Notes under the pieces: generated by a model
What the model was told of the DNA's origin: nothing
The model's input: the letters and a program-made list of their open reading frames with translations, nothing else
The model's database searches: none
NCBI GenBank assembly: GCA_038063735.1
Contig: JBBTUN010000012.1
Span: 1,595 to 65,594, forward strand
DNA length: 64,000 nucleotides
Origin: Patescibacteria group bacterium
GTDB taxonomy: Bacteria > Patescibacteriota > Microgenomatia > Curtissbacterales > GWA2-41-24
Direction: 5' to 3'
Program-made: the position numbers and the translations under genes
Part shown: piece by piece, positions 38,305-47,967 of the stretch
Position numbering within the stretch: the first letter of the stretch is position 1
Layout: each line of letters starts with the position of its first letter

Positions 38305-38966
38305 TGACAAACCCCCCTAAGCTTTGGTCAAAAGAATATAAACAAAAAGGAATTCCCTCTTCTTTCCGCCAAAAACCTTCCGGGGCTATGAAATTGCTTA
38401 GCATTGCAAACTTAAAAGGCAAGACCATAGCTGATCTAGGCTGCGGAAAAGGTAGAAACACTTTCTACCTAATTAAAAATGGCGCATCAAAAGTATATGC
38501 AATAGATTTTGTGCCAGAAGCAATCAGGGAAATTAAATCCGCTAAAAATCCCAAAATTACAGCTGTCTGCCGTGATCTTGCAAAACCATGGCCAATTCCT
38601 AGTGATTCTCTTAATTTGACAATCGATATATTCTGCTTCAAGCATCAAGCTAGCCTGAAAAACCAAGAATTTTATAAATCAGAAATCGAAAGAACTTTAA
38701 AGAAAAAGGGGTTATTACTTTTAGATCTTGCGGCAGTTGATGACGGTTTTTATGGAATACAACCCAAAAAAGAAATTAAACCAAATGTTTATAAAATCAC
38801 GGACCCTGTCACCGGAGTAAACTCCCTACTTTATACAAAAGAAAGCCTGCTCACCGAATTCCCTAATTTCGAGCTATTGGATTTTACAAACGACAAAAAA
38901 GAAGGCCAAATGCACGGACAAACTTACTCACGATCCACCCTAAAATTTCTTCTTAAAAAAAATTAA
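38304..38966 (+). CDS. Class I SAM-dependent methyltransferase
   Basis: IADLGCGKGRN and AIDF motifs; TAATG overlap with the upstream gene. Confidence 0.88.
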   Translation: MTNPPKLWSKEYKQKGIPSSFRQKPSGAMKLLSIANLKGKTIADLGCGKGRNTFYLIKNGASKVYAIDFVPEAIREIKSAKNPKITAVCRDLAKPWPIPSDSLNLTIDIFCFKHQASLKNQEFYKSEIERTLKKKGLLLLDLAAVDDGFYGIQPKKEIKPNVYKITDPVTGVNSLLYTKESLLTEFPNFELLDFTNDKKEGQMHGQTYSRSTLKFLLKKN

Positions 38967-39011
38967 CGCTGCAACTCGTACACAAAAGTAGTAAAATACG
39001 CCGCACACAAA

Positions 39012-39629
39012 ATGGCAAGTCCAGATAGAAACCAACCAGGCGAAGAACGTCACGAAGAAGACCATTTCCCGATAATCGGAATCGCCGGGCCAATCGCCTC
39101 CGGCAAAGAAACTGTAGCCCAAATCTTAAAAGACAATTTTGGGATTGCTCGCTTTGTAATTTCCGATAATCTTAAAAGACTTGCCGCAGCCCAAGGTATT
39201 AAACCCCCATACTCAAGAGATCTTCTTCGGGATATTAGCCTCAAATTAACAGACCAATCAGGTCCTGGTGCAAACATCCAATTGACACACGAAATAATCC
39301 AAACTCAACGGGCACTTATTAAAATGCAAGGTGCCACTATCGACGGCATAAGACACAAGGGTGAGGCCGAAGAACTTAAAGCCATACCAGCCTCATTATT
39401 AATTGCAGTTACAGCACCGCAACAATTAAGGTATGAACGCGCTCTTCATCGCGAACAGGAAGAAGATGAAACCTTCTACGACAGATTCATAAAAAGAGAT
39501 AACATCGAACTTGCCGAGATCGAACCGATTTTCGAACTCGCAGATGTCGTTATAAATAACACCGGAACCCCAGAAGACCTTGAACGGCAAGTTATCGAAT
39601 TCTTCATCGAAAAAACAAGCGTTTTTTAA
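39012..39629 (+). CDS. P-loop nucleotide kinase (dephospho-CoA/dNMP kinase-like)
   Basis: IIGIAGPIASGKET, IDGIRH, RYER and ADVVINNTG. Confidence 0.75.
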   Translation: MASPDRNQPGEERHEEDHFPIIGIAGPIASGKETVAQILKDNFGIARFVISDNLKRLAAAQGIKPPYSRDLLRDISLKLTDQSGPGANIQLTHEIIQTQRALIKMQGATIDGIRHKGEAEELKAIPASLLIAVTAPQQLRYERALHREQEEDETFYDRFIKRDNIELAEIEPIFELADVVINNTGTPEDLERQVIEFFIEKTSVF

Positions 39630-39667
39630 AACTCGACTAACTTGCCTCAATTTGATATCTTTTACAG

Positions 39668-39907
39668 ATGCACTGGCAGGACTGGGTTTTTTCTATAGGA
39701 AACTGGATTTTCAGCATCGCATTGATCCCTGCCATTTTAGATAAAGAAAAACCACCTGTATCAACAAGCCTTACTAATACAATTGTTTTATTTGTTATGT
39801 CATTTACGTTCTCAACACTAACACTCTACCTAAGCGCATTTTCAATCGGCATAAACGGCATACTCTGGTTAATCCTCGGCGTTCAAAGACTTAAGCAGAA
39901 AAAATGA
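39668..39907 (+). CDS. Small 3-TM membrane protein (PQ-loop-like)
   Basis: WQDWV..ALIPAI; three hydrophobic segments. Confidence 0.6.
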   Translation: MHWQDWVFSIGNWIFSIALIPAILDKEKPPVSTSLTNTIVLFVMSFTFSTLTLYLSAFSIGINGILWLILGVQRLKQKK

Positions 39908-39934
39908 TCAAACTTGTCGGAGATAAAAAATATC

Positions 39935-40546
39935 CTAAAACTTAACCCCTAATTTTTTAAGGTCTGCTTCCAGCTGTTTAGGATTTTTATATTGGATTGC
40001 CTGCATCCCCAGGCTTTTTGCCGTTTCCACATGATCACGTCTATCATCTATAAACACAATGTCCCCTGCATCTTCGCGCGTCTCATCAAGAGCCAGCCTA
40101 AAAATCCTTGGACCGTCGCGCTTTGTAACGTGAGCTTCGTGGGAGAAAATCCCTTTATCAAATTCCTCTAAAAAATTATACTTTTCCTGCAAGTAATCCA
40201 CTCTATCTTTTGCGTTATCCGAAAGGTAAAAAAGCTTTGTCCCCTTTTTCTTTAACTTTTTGGCAATAACCACAACTTCTGCAACCGGCTCGTACGACTC
40301 ATACCAAATTCTGTTCAATTCCTCGGCCGGTGCGTCTATGTAAAGAATTTTCTTAACCGCCTCCCAGAATTCTTCGTACGTTATGTCACCGCGCCTATAT
40401 TGCTTGCCAAAATCCGAACTAACAGCCATTACATCCGAAACTAATTTTGGGTCTAAATTAAATTTTTTTGCTATTTTTTTCGAAGCAATTTCTTTGCCGT
40501 CTGTAAAGTACACTCCGCCTAAATCAAAAATCACAACTTTTGCCAT
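39935..40546 (-). CDS. HAD-family phosphatase
   Basis: FDLGGV, LSDN, K..P.IF and FIDD motifs. Confidence 0.9.
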   Translation of the reverse strand: MAKVVIFDLGGVYFTDGKEIASKKIAKKFNLDPKLVSDVMAVSSDFGKQYRRGDITYEEFWEAVKKILYIDAPAEELNRIWYESYEPVAEVVVIAKKLKKKGTKLFYLSDNAKDRVDYLQEKYNFLEEFDKGIFSHEAHVTKRDGPRIFRLALDETREDAGDIVFIDDRRDHVETAKSLGMQAIQYKNPKQLEADLKKLGVKF

Positions 40547-40651
40547 CTGCTAATTATACCCTATAACCAGATTCAAAGCCTATATCCGCTACACAATTCC
40601 CTACCCCAATTCCGCTTGCATCACAAAACATAAGGGAATATAATCCCCGCA

Positions 40652-41482
40652 GTGCAAGAACAGGCAATTCCATGCTGCCAGCCGCAAGAAGCCGGGCAAG
40701 AACAAATAAACATTGGGGGTTTATTTGACGCCTACCTGTCTTCCGAATACTTCTCCGCGCATTATAGGCGGAACACTCAACTCGTTTTTTCGCAAGACAT
40801 AAGAAGATTTTTAAAGATATTCAATTTCACCAACCAACTGGAAGCAGACAAATTACCGGAACTGATCAAGGAATATGAAACATTAAGTAATTCAGCATCC
40901 GCTCGCCGCACATTATCAGCTCTCAAAAGTGCCGCCAGCTGGGGAATAACAGAAGGGCTGTTAGACGGAAACCCGGATGTAAATTTTCAACCTAAGAAGA
41001 ATGGTGATCGCTCTCCGTTTATGGATTTTAATGTTAGTCCTTTGTCAAACAAGGATTTAAAAAAATTGATGCAGGCAGTCGACAAAAATCCTAGAGATAA
41101 AGCATTAATTTTAACCGTTCTGCTAACAAGAGGGAGCACTGATACCGTCAGGAGACTAACAAAAGAAAGCATTACTCATAACGCAAACGGTACAACTACA
41201 ATCACAATAAACGCCTTTAATATAGTGATGCCAGAAGAAGCCGCGTCAGTATTATTAAGTTACGCCCAAAGCCTTAAGCCCGGATCGCTTTTCCCATGCC
41301 GCAGAGAACCTCACGGGCCGCTAACAAGACAGGCAATGCATGTAATTTTCCAAAAATACAAAAACGGAATTGGCCTCCAAAATTTGTCGCATGGCATCCT
41401 GGTAAAAACAGGATCAAATATGTTTGGCATACCCCAGCAGCAAGTCCATCAACCTCAAGCTCCCCAAACGCCGGAGCCGTAA
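40652..41482 (+). CDS. Degenerate XerC/XerD-like tyrosine-recombinase-fold protein (catalytic residues apparently lost)
   Basis: NT..F..DIRRF, SARRTLSALKS, RDKAL, SLFP and LTRQAMHVIFQKY are present; HxxR and the C-terminal Tyr are not. Confidence 0.7.
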   Translation: MQEQAIPCCQPQEAGQEQINIGGLFDAYLSSEYFSAHYRRNTQLVFSQDIRRFLKIFNFTNQLEADKLPELIKEYETLSNSASARRTLSALKSAASWGITEGLLDGNPDVNFQPKKNGDRSPFMDFNVSPLSNKDLKKLMQAVDKNPRDKALILTVLLTRGSTDTVRRLTKESITHNANGTTTITINAFNIVMPEEAASVLLSYAQSLKPGSLFPCRREPHGPLTRQAMHVIFQKYKNGIGLQNLSHGILVKTGSNMFGIPQQQVHQPQAPQTPEP

Positions 41483-42540
41483 TTTTTAACAAAACCGGAA
41501 AGCTCCATTAAGGAAAGTTCCGACGCAATTTTCTCGATCGGCATACCAATTTCGCGGGCAATAGTGTCAATATGCTTTGCCTCCCCATCCAGTATCGACA
41601 AAATCTTTTGCTGGTCTTTATCTCCAGGGATAATTTGTTGCTTTTTGCTTATTTCTTGTTGCTTTTTGCGCTCCACATCCAACCCCGCTAAAACATCCGC
41701 GGCATTTGTTACCGGAGTCACCCCGTCTTTTATTAAATTATTAACTCCCTCTGCTGTTTTGGCAGTTATTGGCCCCGGCACCGCAAAAACCTCACGCCCT
41801 TGTTCGGCGGCACTTCCTGCCGTAATCATTGAACCGCTGTCTATTGCTGCCTCCGTTACCAAAACCCCCAGAGATAGTCCCGAAATTATTCTGTTTCTGG
41901 CGGCAAAATTGCTTTGCACCGGCGGGAATCCAAGCGGGAATTCGGATACGACTGCCCCGCTTTTGGCAATTTCTTCTGCCAGTTTTTTATTTTCCGGCGG
42001 ATAGACCAAGTCCACCCCACATCCCAAAACTGCAATTGTTCTCCCGCCAGCCTCCAGCGCCGTTCTATGCGCAATACTATCTATTCCCCGCGCCAAACCA
42101 CTAACGATTGTTAAACCATTTTTTGCAAGATCAAAAACCAATCTTTCTGTAACCTGTCGACCGTATGGCGTGGCGTTTCGACTCCCCACAACCGCAACAG
42201 CCAAATCATCGCCGGGCAAAATAGTGCCTTTGTAATACAAAACGGGCGGGCAGCCGGTAATTTGCCGCAAATTGGCCGGATACTCGTCCTCTACCATAGA
42301 CACAACTTTTATGCCGGCCGCATAAACTTTGGCAAGATAAATATTAGGGTCAACTTTACTACGGAAATCAACTATGGAAAGCTTTGTTTTGGCATCAATT
42401 TTGAGTTTACTGATCTCGCTGTCGGACGCTTCCCAAAATTTTTTAAGTGTCTTAAAACTTTTTCGAAGATAACCAAACGTAACCGTCCCAACTCCACCAA
42501 TCGCACTCACAGCTACCCAACACGCAAGTTCCTTATTCAC
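41455..42540 (-). CDS. dprA: DNA-processing protein DprA
   Basis: AVVGSR, VSGLARGIDS.AH and F.ARNRIISGLS; C-terminal winged helix. Confidence 0.97.
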   Translation of the reverse strand: MNKELACWVAVSAIGGVGTVTFGYLRKSFKTLKKFWEASDSEISKLKIDAKTKLSIVDFRSKVDPNIYLAKVYAAGIKVVSMVEDEYPANLRQITGCPPVLYYKGTILPGDDLAVAVVGSRNATPYGRQVTERLVFDLAKNGLTIVSGLARGIDSIAHRTALEAGGRTIAVLGCGVDLVYPPENKKLAEEIAKSGAVVSEFPLGFPPVQSNFAARNRIISGLSLGVLVTEAAIDSGSMITAGSAAEQGREVFAVPGPITAKTAEGVNNLIKDGVTPVTNAADVLAGLDVERKKQQEISKKQQIIPGDKDQQKILSILDGEAKHIDTIAREIGMPIEKIASELSLMELSGFVKNYGSGVWGA

Positions 42541-42547
42541 TTTTTGA

Positions 42548-43099
42548 TTAAACTTTAATTACAACCGTACCTGCAAGTTTGTCATGGAGAGCCTGCTTTT
42601 TCGCGTCAAAAATCGCCATGGGGTAACCGATAATTGTAAGAGCCGAAATCAATTTAAAAACAAACTCACGTGTTACAAACTTTCCTGCAGACGGTGTTGT
42701 ACCATCAACCGTCAAAACTGTCTTAACATGCATAGCTTTCCTACCTATCGTCTGTCCATTCTTATGCTGATAAGCCCCATAATAATAAATCGCTATTGCT
42801 GATTGGATAACAAGTTGTACAACCCACATCAAAATCCCAATCAAAAAATCCCCTTTGCCCACAAACAAACCTACTAGGCTAAAAATAATAAAAATGGGTA
42901 CATTGATTGCAAACAAAACCAAACTATCGATAATATTTGCAAGCCACCGGGACAAAACACCCGCATATTCCGCCCCAACAGTAGACGTTGCTACCGGCAT
43001 AGGCGTAGTGACGGAAGGTTGAGGCGTTGCAGGAGTCGGCGCCACAACGGGCGCACTACTTAATGTCGGCATACTGGGATTGTCTTGGTCTTGATCCAT
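42548..43099 (-). CDS. RDD family membrane protein
   Basis: YAG..SRWLANIID, GQTIG and QALHDKLAGTVVI. Confidence 0.9.
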   Translation of the reverse strand: MDQDQDNPSMPTLSSAPVVAPTPATPQPSVTTPMPVATSTVGAEYAGVLSRWLANIIDSLVLFAINVPIFIIFSLVGLFVGKGDFLIGILMWVVQLVIQSAIAIYYYGAYQHKNGQTIGRKAMHVKTVLTVDGTTPSAGKFVTREFVFKLISALTIIGYPMAIFDAKKQALHDKLAGTVVIKV

Positions 43100-43176
43100 T
43101 TTTCGTTATCTAAATCCAGTTTATGCCAAAAATAGAAATTTAAACAACCATTAGAAGAAAATAACACTCAAAAATC

Positions 43177-43443
43177 CTAAACAAGGTCTGTCGGGAAAAT
43201 AATCCCGTATGCATGTGTGATAAATTCACTTCTGTCTTTACTTGTCATCCTTGCTTCCTCTGCTAAAATTATCGAAAGGGCAGTGATTTGGGATACCTCA
43301 ACACCGTATGCTTCGCCAAGTTCCACCTGCCTTTGACCAATTAACGCAGGCAGATCATCAGCGCTAACGGTGTGATCTAAGCCTCTTTTTCTCCATTCAT
43401 CCGCAACCTTCGGGGGTATATACAACTTTTGTTCAACTGTCAT
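43177..43443 (-). CDS. Hypothetical protein
   Basis: 88-aa ORF from MTVEQK. Confidence 0.45.
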   Translation of the reverse strand: MTVEQKLYIPPKVADEWRKRGLDHTVSADDLPALIGQRQVELGEAYGVEVSQITALSIILAEEARMTSKDRSEFITHAYGIIFPTDLV

Positions 43444-43468
43444 AATAATGGAAATAATAAACTGCCTT

Positions 43469-44026
43469 CTATATTTTTTCAAACAGTTCCGCTTCCAGTT
43501 TTGTCCGCTCGGCAATAAACTTGCCAGCTTTTTTAGCCTGCTCTTTTCTGAATTCCAAAGTTGTCATGCTGGCATTTTTATTAAGTTCCAAAACCAGCTC
43601 CTCTATACTCCGCTCGTCAAACGCAAGCGCAACGCTTTTGTAATTCTTTATTGCAGCTCGTATCAGCGTTTGCCCGCCAATATCCATACTTTCCGGGAAA
43701 ATAGATTCGTCAGGCGCATACAAATCAACAATAACCAAATCAAAAGCCTCCAAGCCTTCTTTTTTTAATTCCTCCAAATGTAAGGGGTTTTTTTTATCGG
43801 CCAATATTCTCACAAAATTCACCCTATCCAAACTTTTAACACGTCCGCTAAAATCAAAACCGCGAACAACAGATTGGCCTTCAAAGCCCTTTGCGCGAAC
43901 GTAATTGATCGTACCTTCCGTTCCCCAAAACTTCGTCCTGTGTTTATCAAGCAGCTCGAGTAGGCCGTCCAAAACGCCCTTTTCAAAAACCGCTGCAAAT
44001 ATATTTAAAACTTCAATTTTATCCAT
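43469..44026 (-). CDS. purH: Stand-alone PurH N-terminal (IMP cyclohydrolase / MGS-like) domain
   Basis: AVFEK, TEGT, GRVKSL, DLVIVDLY and MDIGGQTLIRAAIKNY. Confidence 0.85.
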   Translation of the reverse strand: MDKIEVLNIFAAVFEKGVLDGLLELLDKHRTKFWGTEGTINYVRAKGFEGQSVVRGFDFSGRVKSLDRVNFVRILADKKNPLHLEELKKEGLEAFDLVIVDLYAPDESIFPESMDIGGQTLIRAAIKNYKSVALAFDERSIEELVLELNKNASMTTLEFRKEQAKKAGKFIAERTKLEAELFEKI

Positions 44027-44106
44027 AATTTTAAGCAACAAGAGACAAGTAATAAGTGACGGGCATTTTTCTTATACTTATTGCCTATTTCTTTTTGCTT
44101 ATCACT

Positions 44107-45036
44107 TCAATGTTTAAAATGCCTTACCCCTGTAAACACCATCGTAATTCCGTGCTTTTTGGCCTCCGCAATCACTTTGTCGTCGTTAATCGATCCACCA
44201 GGTTGAATTATTGTCGATATCCCTGCTTTTGCTGCCAGTTTTACATTATCCGGAAACGGAAAAAACGCATCGCTTGCAAGTACCGCCCCCTTAGTTTTAA
44301 CCCCGGCTTGCTTCATAGCCAAGTGAACAGAGTTGACCCTATTCGGTTGCCCGGTTCCCATCCCAAGCATCGACACGTCCCGCACAATAACTATCGCATT
44401 ACTCTTAACATGTTTTACGACTTTCCACGCAAACTCCAAGTCCGCAAGTACCCGCTTGGACGGTTTACCTCCATTTACTATTTTCCATTTACTAGAATCC
44501 TCCTCAACATCATCTGAAGTTTGAATTAAATAACCACCAAAAGCGCGGGTAAATTCCAAAAGTTTCGGCGGTTTTTCCGCTTTAACAACTCGCATCTTGG
44601 CACTTCTCCTTTTAAGCCTTTCCAAAACTTCGAGGGTATAATCCGGTGCGACCAAAAGCTCAAAAAACTTGCCATGCATTGCCTCGATCATTGCCATAGT
44701 CGGAGGCCTGTTAACTGCAATAATTCCACCAAAGGCACTGATATTATCCGCTGCGTACGCCGCATTAAAAGCCTCGGCAAGATCGTCTCGCGACGTTATT
44801 CCGCTTGGGTTAGCATGCTTAATTATTGCAACTGTCGGGGCGCTAAACTCACAAACTAAATTCCAAGCATGGTTAGCGTCCCCAATATTATTATGAGAAA
44901 GCTCGATTCCCCAAAGCTGTTCAAAGCCGCTATTACCATCTTCCACGTAAAACGCACTCGCCTGGTGCGGGTTTTCTCCATAACGAAGATCTTTCAATTT
45001 CGCTAGATTTATTTTTAAATTCTTATCTAAAACCAT
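44107..45036 (-). CDS. purH: Stand-alone PurH C-terminal AICAR transformylase domain
   Basis: LRYGENPHQ, KHANPSG, SAFGG, VKSNAI, ASDAFFPF and RHFKH; start at MVLDKN. Confidence 0.92.
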   Translation of the reverse strand: MVLDKNLKINLAKLKDLRYGENPHQASAFYVEDGNSGFEQLWGIELSHNNIGDANHAWNLVCEFSAPTVAIIKHANPSGITSRDDLAEAFNAAYAADNISAFGGIIAVNRPPTMAMIEAMHGKFFELLVAPDYTLEVLERLKRRSAKMRVVKAEKPPKLLEFTRAFGGYLIQTSDDVEEDSSKWKIVNGGKPSKRVLADLEFAWKVVKHVKSNAIVIVRDVSMLGMGTGQPNRVNSVHLAMKQAGVKTKGAVLASDAFFPFPDNVKLAAKAGISTIIQPGGSINDDKVIAEAKKHGITMVFTGVRHFKH

Positions 45037-45040
45037 ATCT

Positions 45041-46801
45041 CTATTTCCGGTTTGCAAACCACCAATCCAAAATTTCTTTGGCAACGGGAGCGGATACTGC
45101 GCTTCCCTGCCCTCCACGCTCAACCAAAACAGTTAGCGCAATTTCCGGTTTATCTGCCGGTGCATAAACTGTAAACCAAGCGTGAGAACTGCCTCCAAGT
45201 TCTTCTGCAGTTCCCGTTTTACAAGCCACCCTATACTTTGCATTAAAAAATGGGGCACCAGTTCCCCCGGCTTCACAGGCCCCTTCCATTCCGGCCCGAA
45301 CCAAATCCAAGTGTTCTTGCGAAACTAAATTCTCACCAACGACTTTCGGCTCGAATTTAATCTCACTAGCGCCATCTCCCCCGTTAATTTTGGAAACCAA
45401 ATAAGGTTTTGTCAACTTTCCGCTGGCAATGTAAGAAGTTATCTTGTTAACTTGTATTGGAGTTGTCAGCATAAAACCCTGGCCAATGGCAAGGTGCAAA
45501 GTATCCCCCAAAAACCAACTTTCACCAATACCGGCCTTTTTCCATACCTCATCCGGAACCAAGCCAAAAGATTCATCGGGCAGATCAATTGCTGTCTTTT
45601 GCCCATAGCCCAATTTCACAGCCATTTGCTTTATTGTATCCACCCCAATTTCCTGACCAAGTTTATAGAAAAATACGTCGTTCGACCTGGCGATTGCCCG
45701 CTTCATCTTAATAAGCCCGTCTGTTTTCCCATACTCCAAATAAAACCAGTTAGAAAAAGTTTGCCCGCCAACTTTTATGCTTCCCGTATCGTCAAACTCG
45801 GTGTTGGCATCCACCTTACCGCTTTCCAGACCGGCCAACGCAGAAACTATTTTAAAAACAGAACCCGGAGGATAGTTTCCCTGAACGACCCTATTAAAAA
45901 AGGGTAAATTTTTATCTGTCACCGCGCGCCCTATATCTTCCGGGTCAAAAGAAGGCGCAGAAGCAAGCGCCAAAATTTCACCCGTATTTGGATTTTCGAC
46001 AACGACCGCCCCTTTTTTACTGGTCGCAAGATCGGAGTATTTTTTTAAGGAATCATAGGCAACTTTTTGCAAACCCCCATCAATTGTTGAATACACATCA
46101 CGCCCGCTTCTGGCCTCTTCAACCCCAAGTATAGACACGTTTTTACCTTCAGCATCAACCTCAACCAGCCTTCTACCCGGCTTTCCAAGTAAAAAGGAAT
46201 CGTACGTGTCCTCAATCCCTAACCTGCCCATTGCATTAGTTGTCGAGAGGCTTTTATCCTGCTCTTTCTCCTCTACCTGTACGACACTGGTATAACCCAA
46301 AACATGCGCGCCGGCTTCTCCCAGGTTGTATTTGCGCAAAACCTCACGCATTACCTTTCCATCCACCCCCTCAAAATATTCACCCGCCCTACCGCCTTTT
46401 TCCAAATTTTGGGCGTCGGTTTCCGTTATTTCGCGTTCCTTATCATCTTTTTTCAAAAAGTAAGCGATTTTGGAGCTGGCTAGTTCATCCCCCCGCCTGT
46501 CAAATATTTTTCCTCTCCCGGCTTCAAACTCAACCAGCTTAACCCGATTGTTGTCGGCAAGTTCTCTGTTTCTGGCGCCAGCTACTACTGTTAGAACAAA
46601 AAGCCTTGCCACGAAGACCAGCAAAATCAAAAAAGACACTAAATAAAAAAAGTAGATGCGGGAAAGACTCAGGCCACCGGCAACATAACCGTCATCCTCC
46701 AGGTCTCCTTTTCTCCACTTACTCGTCTTCTCCTGCCAAATCGAGCTCTCGGCTCCAAACATATTTTCATTTATTCTCCTCCTGCCGCGCACGTGTATCA
46801 T
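45041..46801 (-). CDS. mrdA: Penicillin-binding protein 2 (class B transpeptidase)
   Basis: RGKIFDR, YPPGSVFK (SxxK), SND.FFY and KTGTAE. Confidence 0.92.
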   Translation of the reverse strand: MIHVRGRRRINENMFGAESSIWQEKTSKWRKGDLEDDGYVAGGLSLSRIYFFYLVSFLILLVFVARLFVLTVVAGARNRELADNNRVKLVEFEAGRGKIFDRRGDELASSKIAYFLKKDDKEREITETDAQNLEKGGRAGEYFEGVDGKVMREVLRKYNLGEAGAHVLGYTSVVQVEEKEQDKSLSTTNAMGRLGIEDTYDSFLLGKPGRRLVEVDAEGKNVSILGVEEARSGRDVYSTIDGGLQKVAYDSLKKYSDLATSKKGAVVVENPNTGEILALASAPSFDPEDIGRAVTDKNLPFFNRVVQGNYPPGSVFKIVSALAGLESGKVDANTEFDDTGSIKVGGQTFSNWFYLEYGKTDGLIKMKRAIARSNDVFFYKLGQEIGVDTIKQMAVKLGYGQKTAIDLPDESFGLVPDEVWKKAGIGESWFLGDTLHLAIGQGFMLTTPIQVNKITSYIASGKLTKPYLVSKINGGDGASEIKFEPKVVGENLVSQEHLDLVRAGMEGACEAGGTGAPFFNAKYRVACKTGTAEELGGSSHAWFTVYAPADKPEIALTVLVERGGQGSAVSAPVAKEILDWWFANRK

Positions 46802-47854
46802 TTAGTCTTTGGATCTGAAACTTACCTTTTTAAGAAGTGCATCGTTAGTTAGCGCCTTTGCACAACCGACAACAACACAGTAAAGCGGATCGGTAGCAAC
46901 GTTAACAGGCATCTTGGCCTCCTGGGCAATTAATTTTGGCAAGCCAAAAATAAGCGCTCCTCCCCCGCAAAGCATAATCCCTTTTTCAGAAACATCCCCC
47001 GCAAGTTCCGGCGGCGCATCTTCAATTGTTTCCACAACTGCATCCACTATCGACTTGATAGTAGGCGCCAGCGCTTCGCGAATTTGAGTAGAAGTTAGTT
47101 TTATAGACTTTGGCAAACCTTTTTCCAAATCCCGTCCGCGAACTATCATTTGCTTTTCTACCTGCATTGGGTAGGCACTCCCCAAAAGCATCTTTACTTC
47201 CTCCGCGGTTTTTTCACCCAGCGCCAGTCCATACCTGGAACGCACATAATTTACAATGTCCCTGTCCATCGCATCCCCTCCAATTTTTAGAGATTTACCG
47301 GAAACTATTCCACCCAGAGAAATTACGGCCATGTCACTCGTCCCACCCCCAATATCAACTATCATCGAGCCGCGCGCCTCCTCTACATTAAGCCCGGCAC
47401 CAATTGCCGCCGCCATCGGCTCTTCAATTAAATATGCTTCCCGCGCGCCGGAATCATACGCGACGTCAAAAAGCGCCCGCCTTTCCACTTCTGTTACCTG
47501 AGAAGGGATTCCCAGAACAACTCTTGGCCTTGGTATAGAAATTAAACGCCCCGGTTTCGAATGCACTTTCTTTACAAAATAAGAAAGCATCGCCAGTGTT
47601 GTATCGTAGTCGGAAATTACACCATCCTTCAGGGGTCTTACGGTAGTTATATTAAGAGGTGTTCTACCGATCATTTTTCTGGCATCCCCACCAATTGCAA
47701 TCACTCTCCTGCTTTTTTTGTGAAGTGCCACGATCGAAGGCTCGCGGATGACGATCCCCTTTCCGGCAACATGAATTAAAGTATTTGCAGTTCCTAAGTC
47801 AACACCCAAGTCAGAAGAAAAGTAGCCTAAGATATTATCGACAATAGGAATCAT
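46802..47854 (-). CDS. mreB: Rod shape-determining protein MreB
   Basis: DLGTANT, RPLKDGVI, EEPMAAAIGAG and DIGGGT. Confidence 0.97.
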   Translation of the reverse strand: MIPIVDNILGYFSSDLGVDLGTANTLIHVAGKGIVIREPSIVALHKKSRRVIAIGGDARKMIGRTPLNITTVRPLKDGVISDYDTTLAMLSYFVKKVHSKPGRLISIPRPRVVLGIPSQVTEVERRALFDVAYDSGAREAYLIEEPMAAAIGAGLNVEEARGSMIVDIGGGTSDMAVISLGGIVSGKSLKIGGDAMDRDIVNYVRSRYGLALGEKTAEEVKMLLGSAYPMQVEKQMIVRGRDLEKGLPKSIKLTSTQIREALAPTIKSIVDAVVETIEDAPPELAGDVSEKGIMLCGGGALIFGLPKLIAQEAKMPVNVATDPLYCVVVGCAKALTNDALLKKVSFRSKD

Positions 47855-47918
47855 AGAAGCGCCACAAAGTATAACGCATCAGGAAGAAGTTTAGTAGAAG
47901 GTTTACATCATGCTTATT

Positions 47919-47961
47919 GTTCGAGCTTGCTCGCCCTGAGTTTTGTCGAAGGGTCGAGAAC
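47919..47961. repeat. Nested REP-like hairpin (24-bp element inside a related palindrome)
   Basis: gttcgagctt[gctcgccctgagttttgtcgaagg]gtcgagaac. Confidence 0.65.
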
Positions 47962-47967
47962 TTAACT

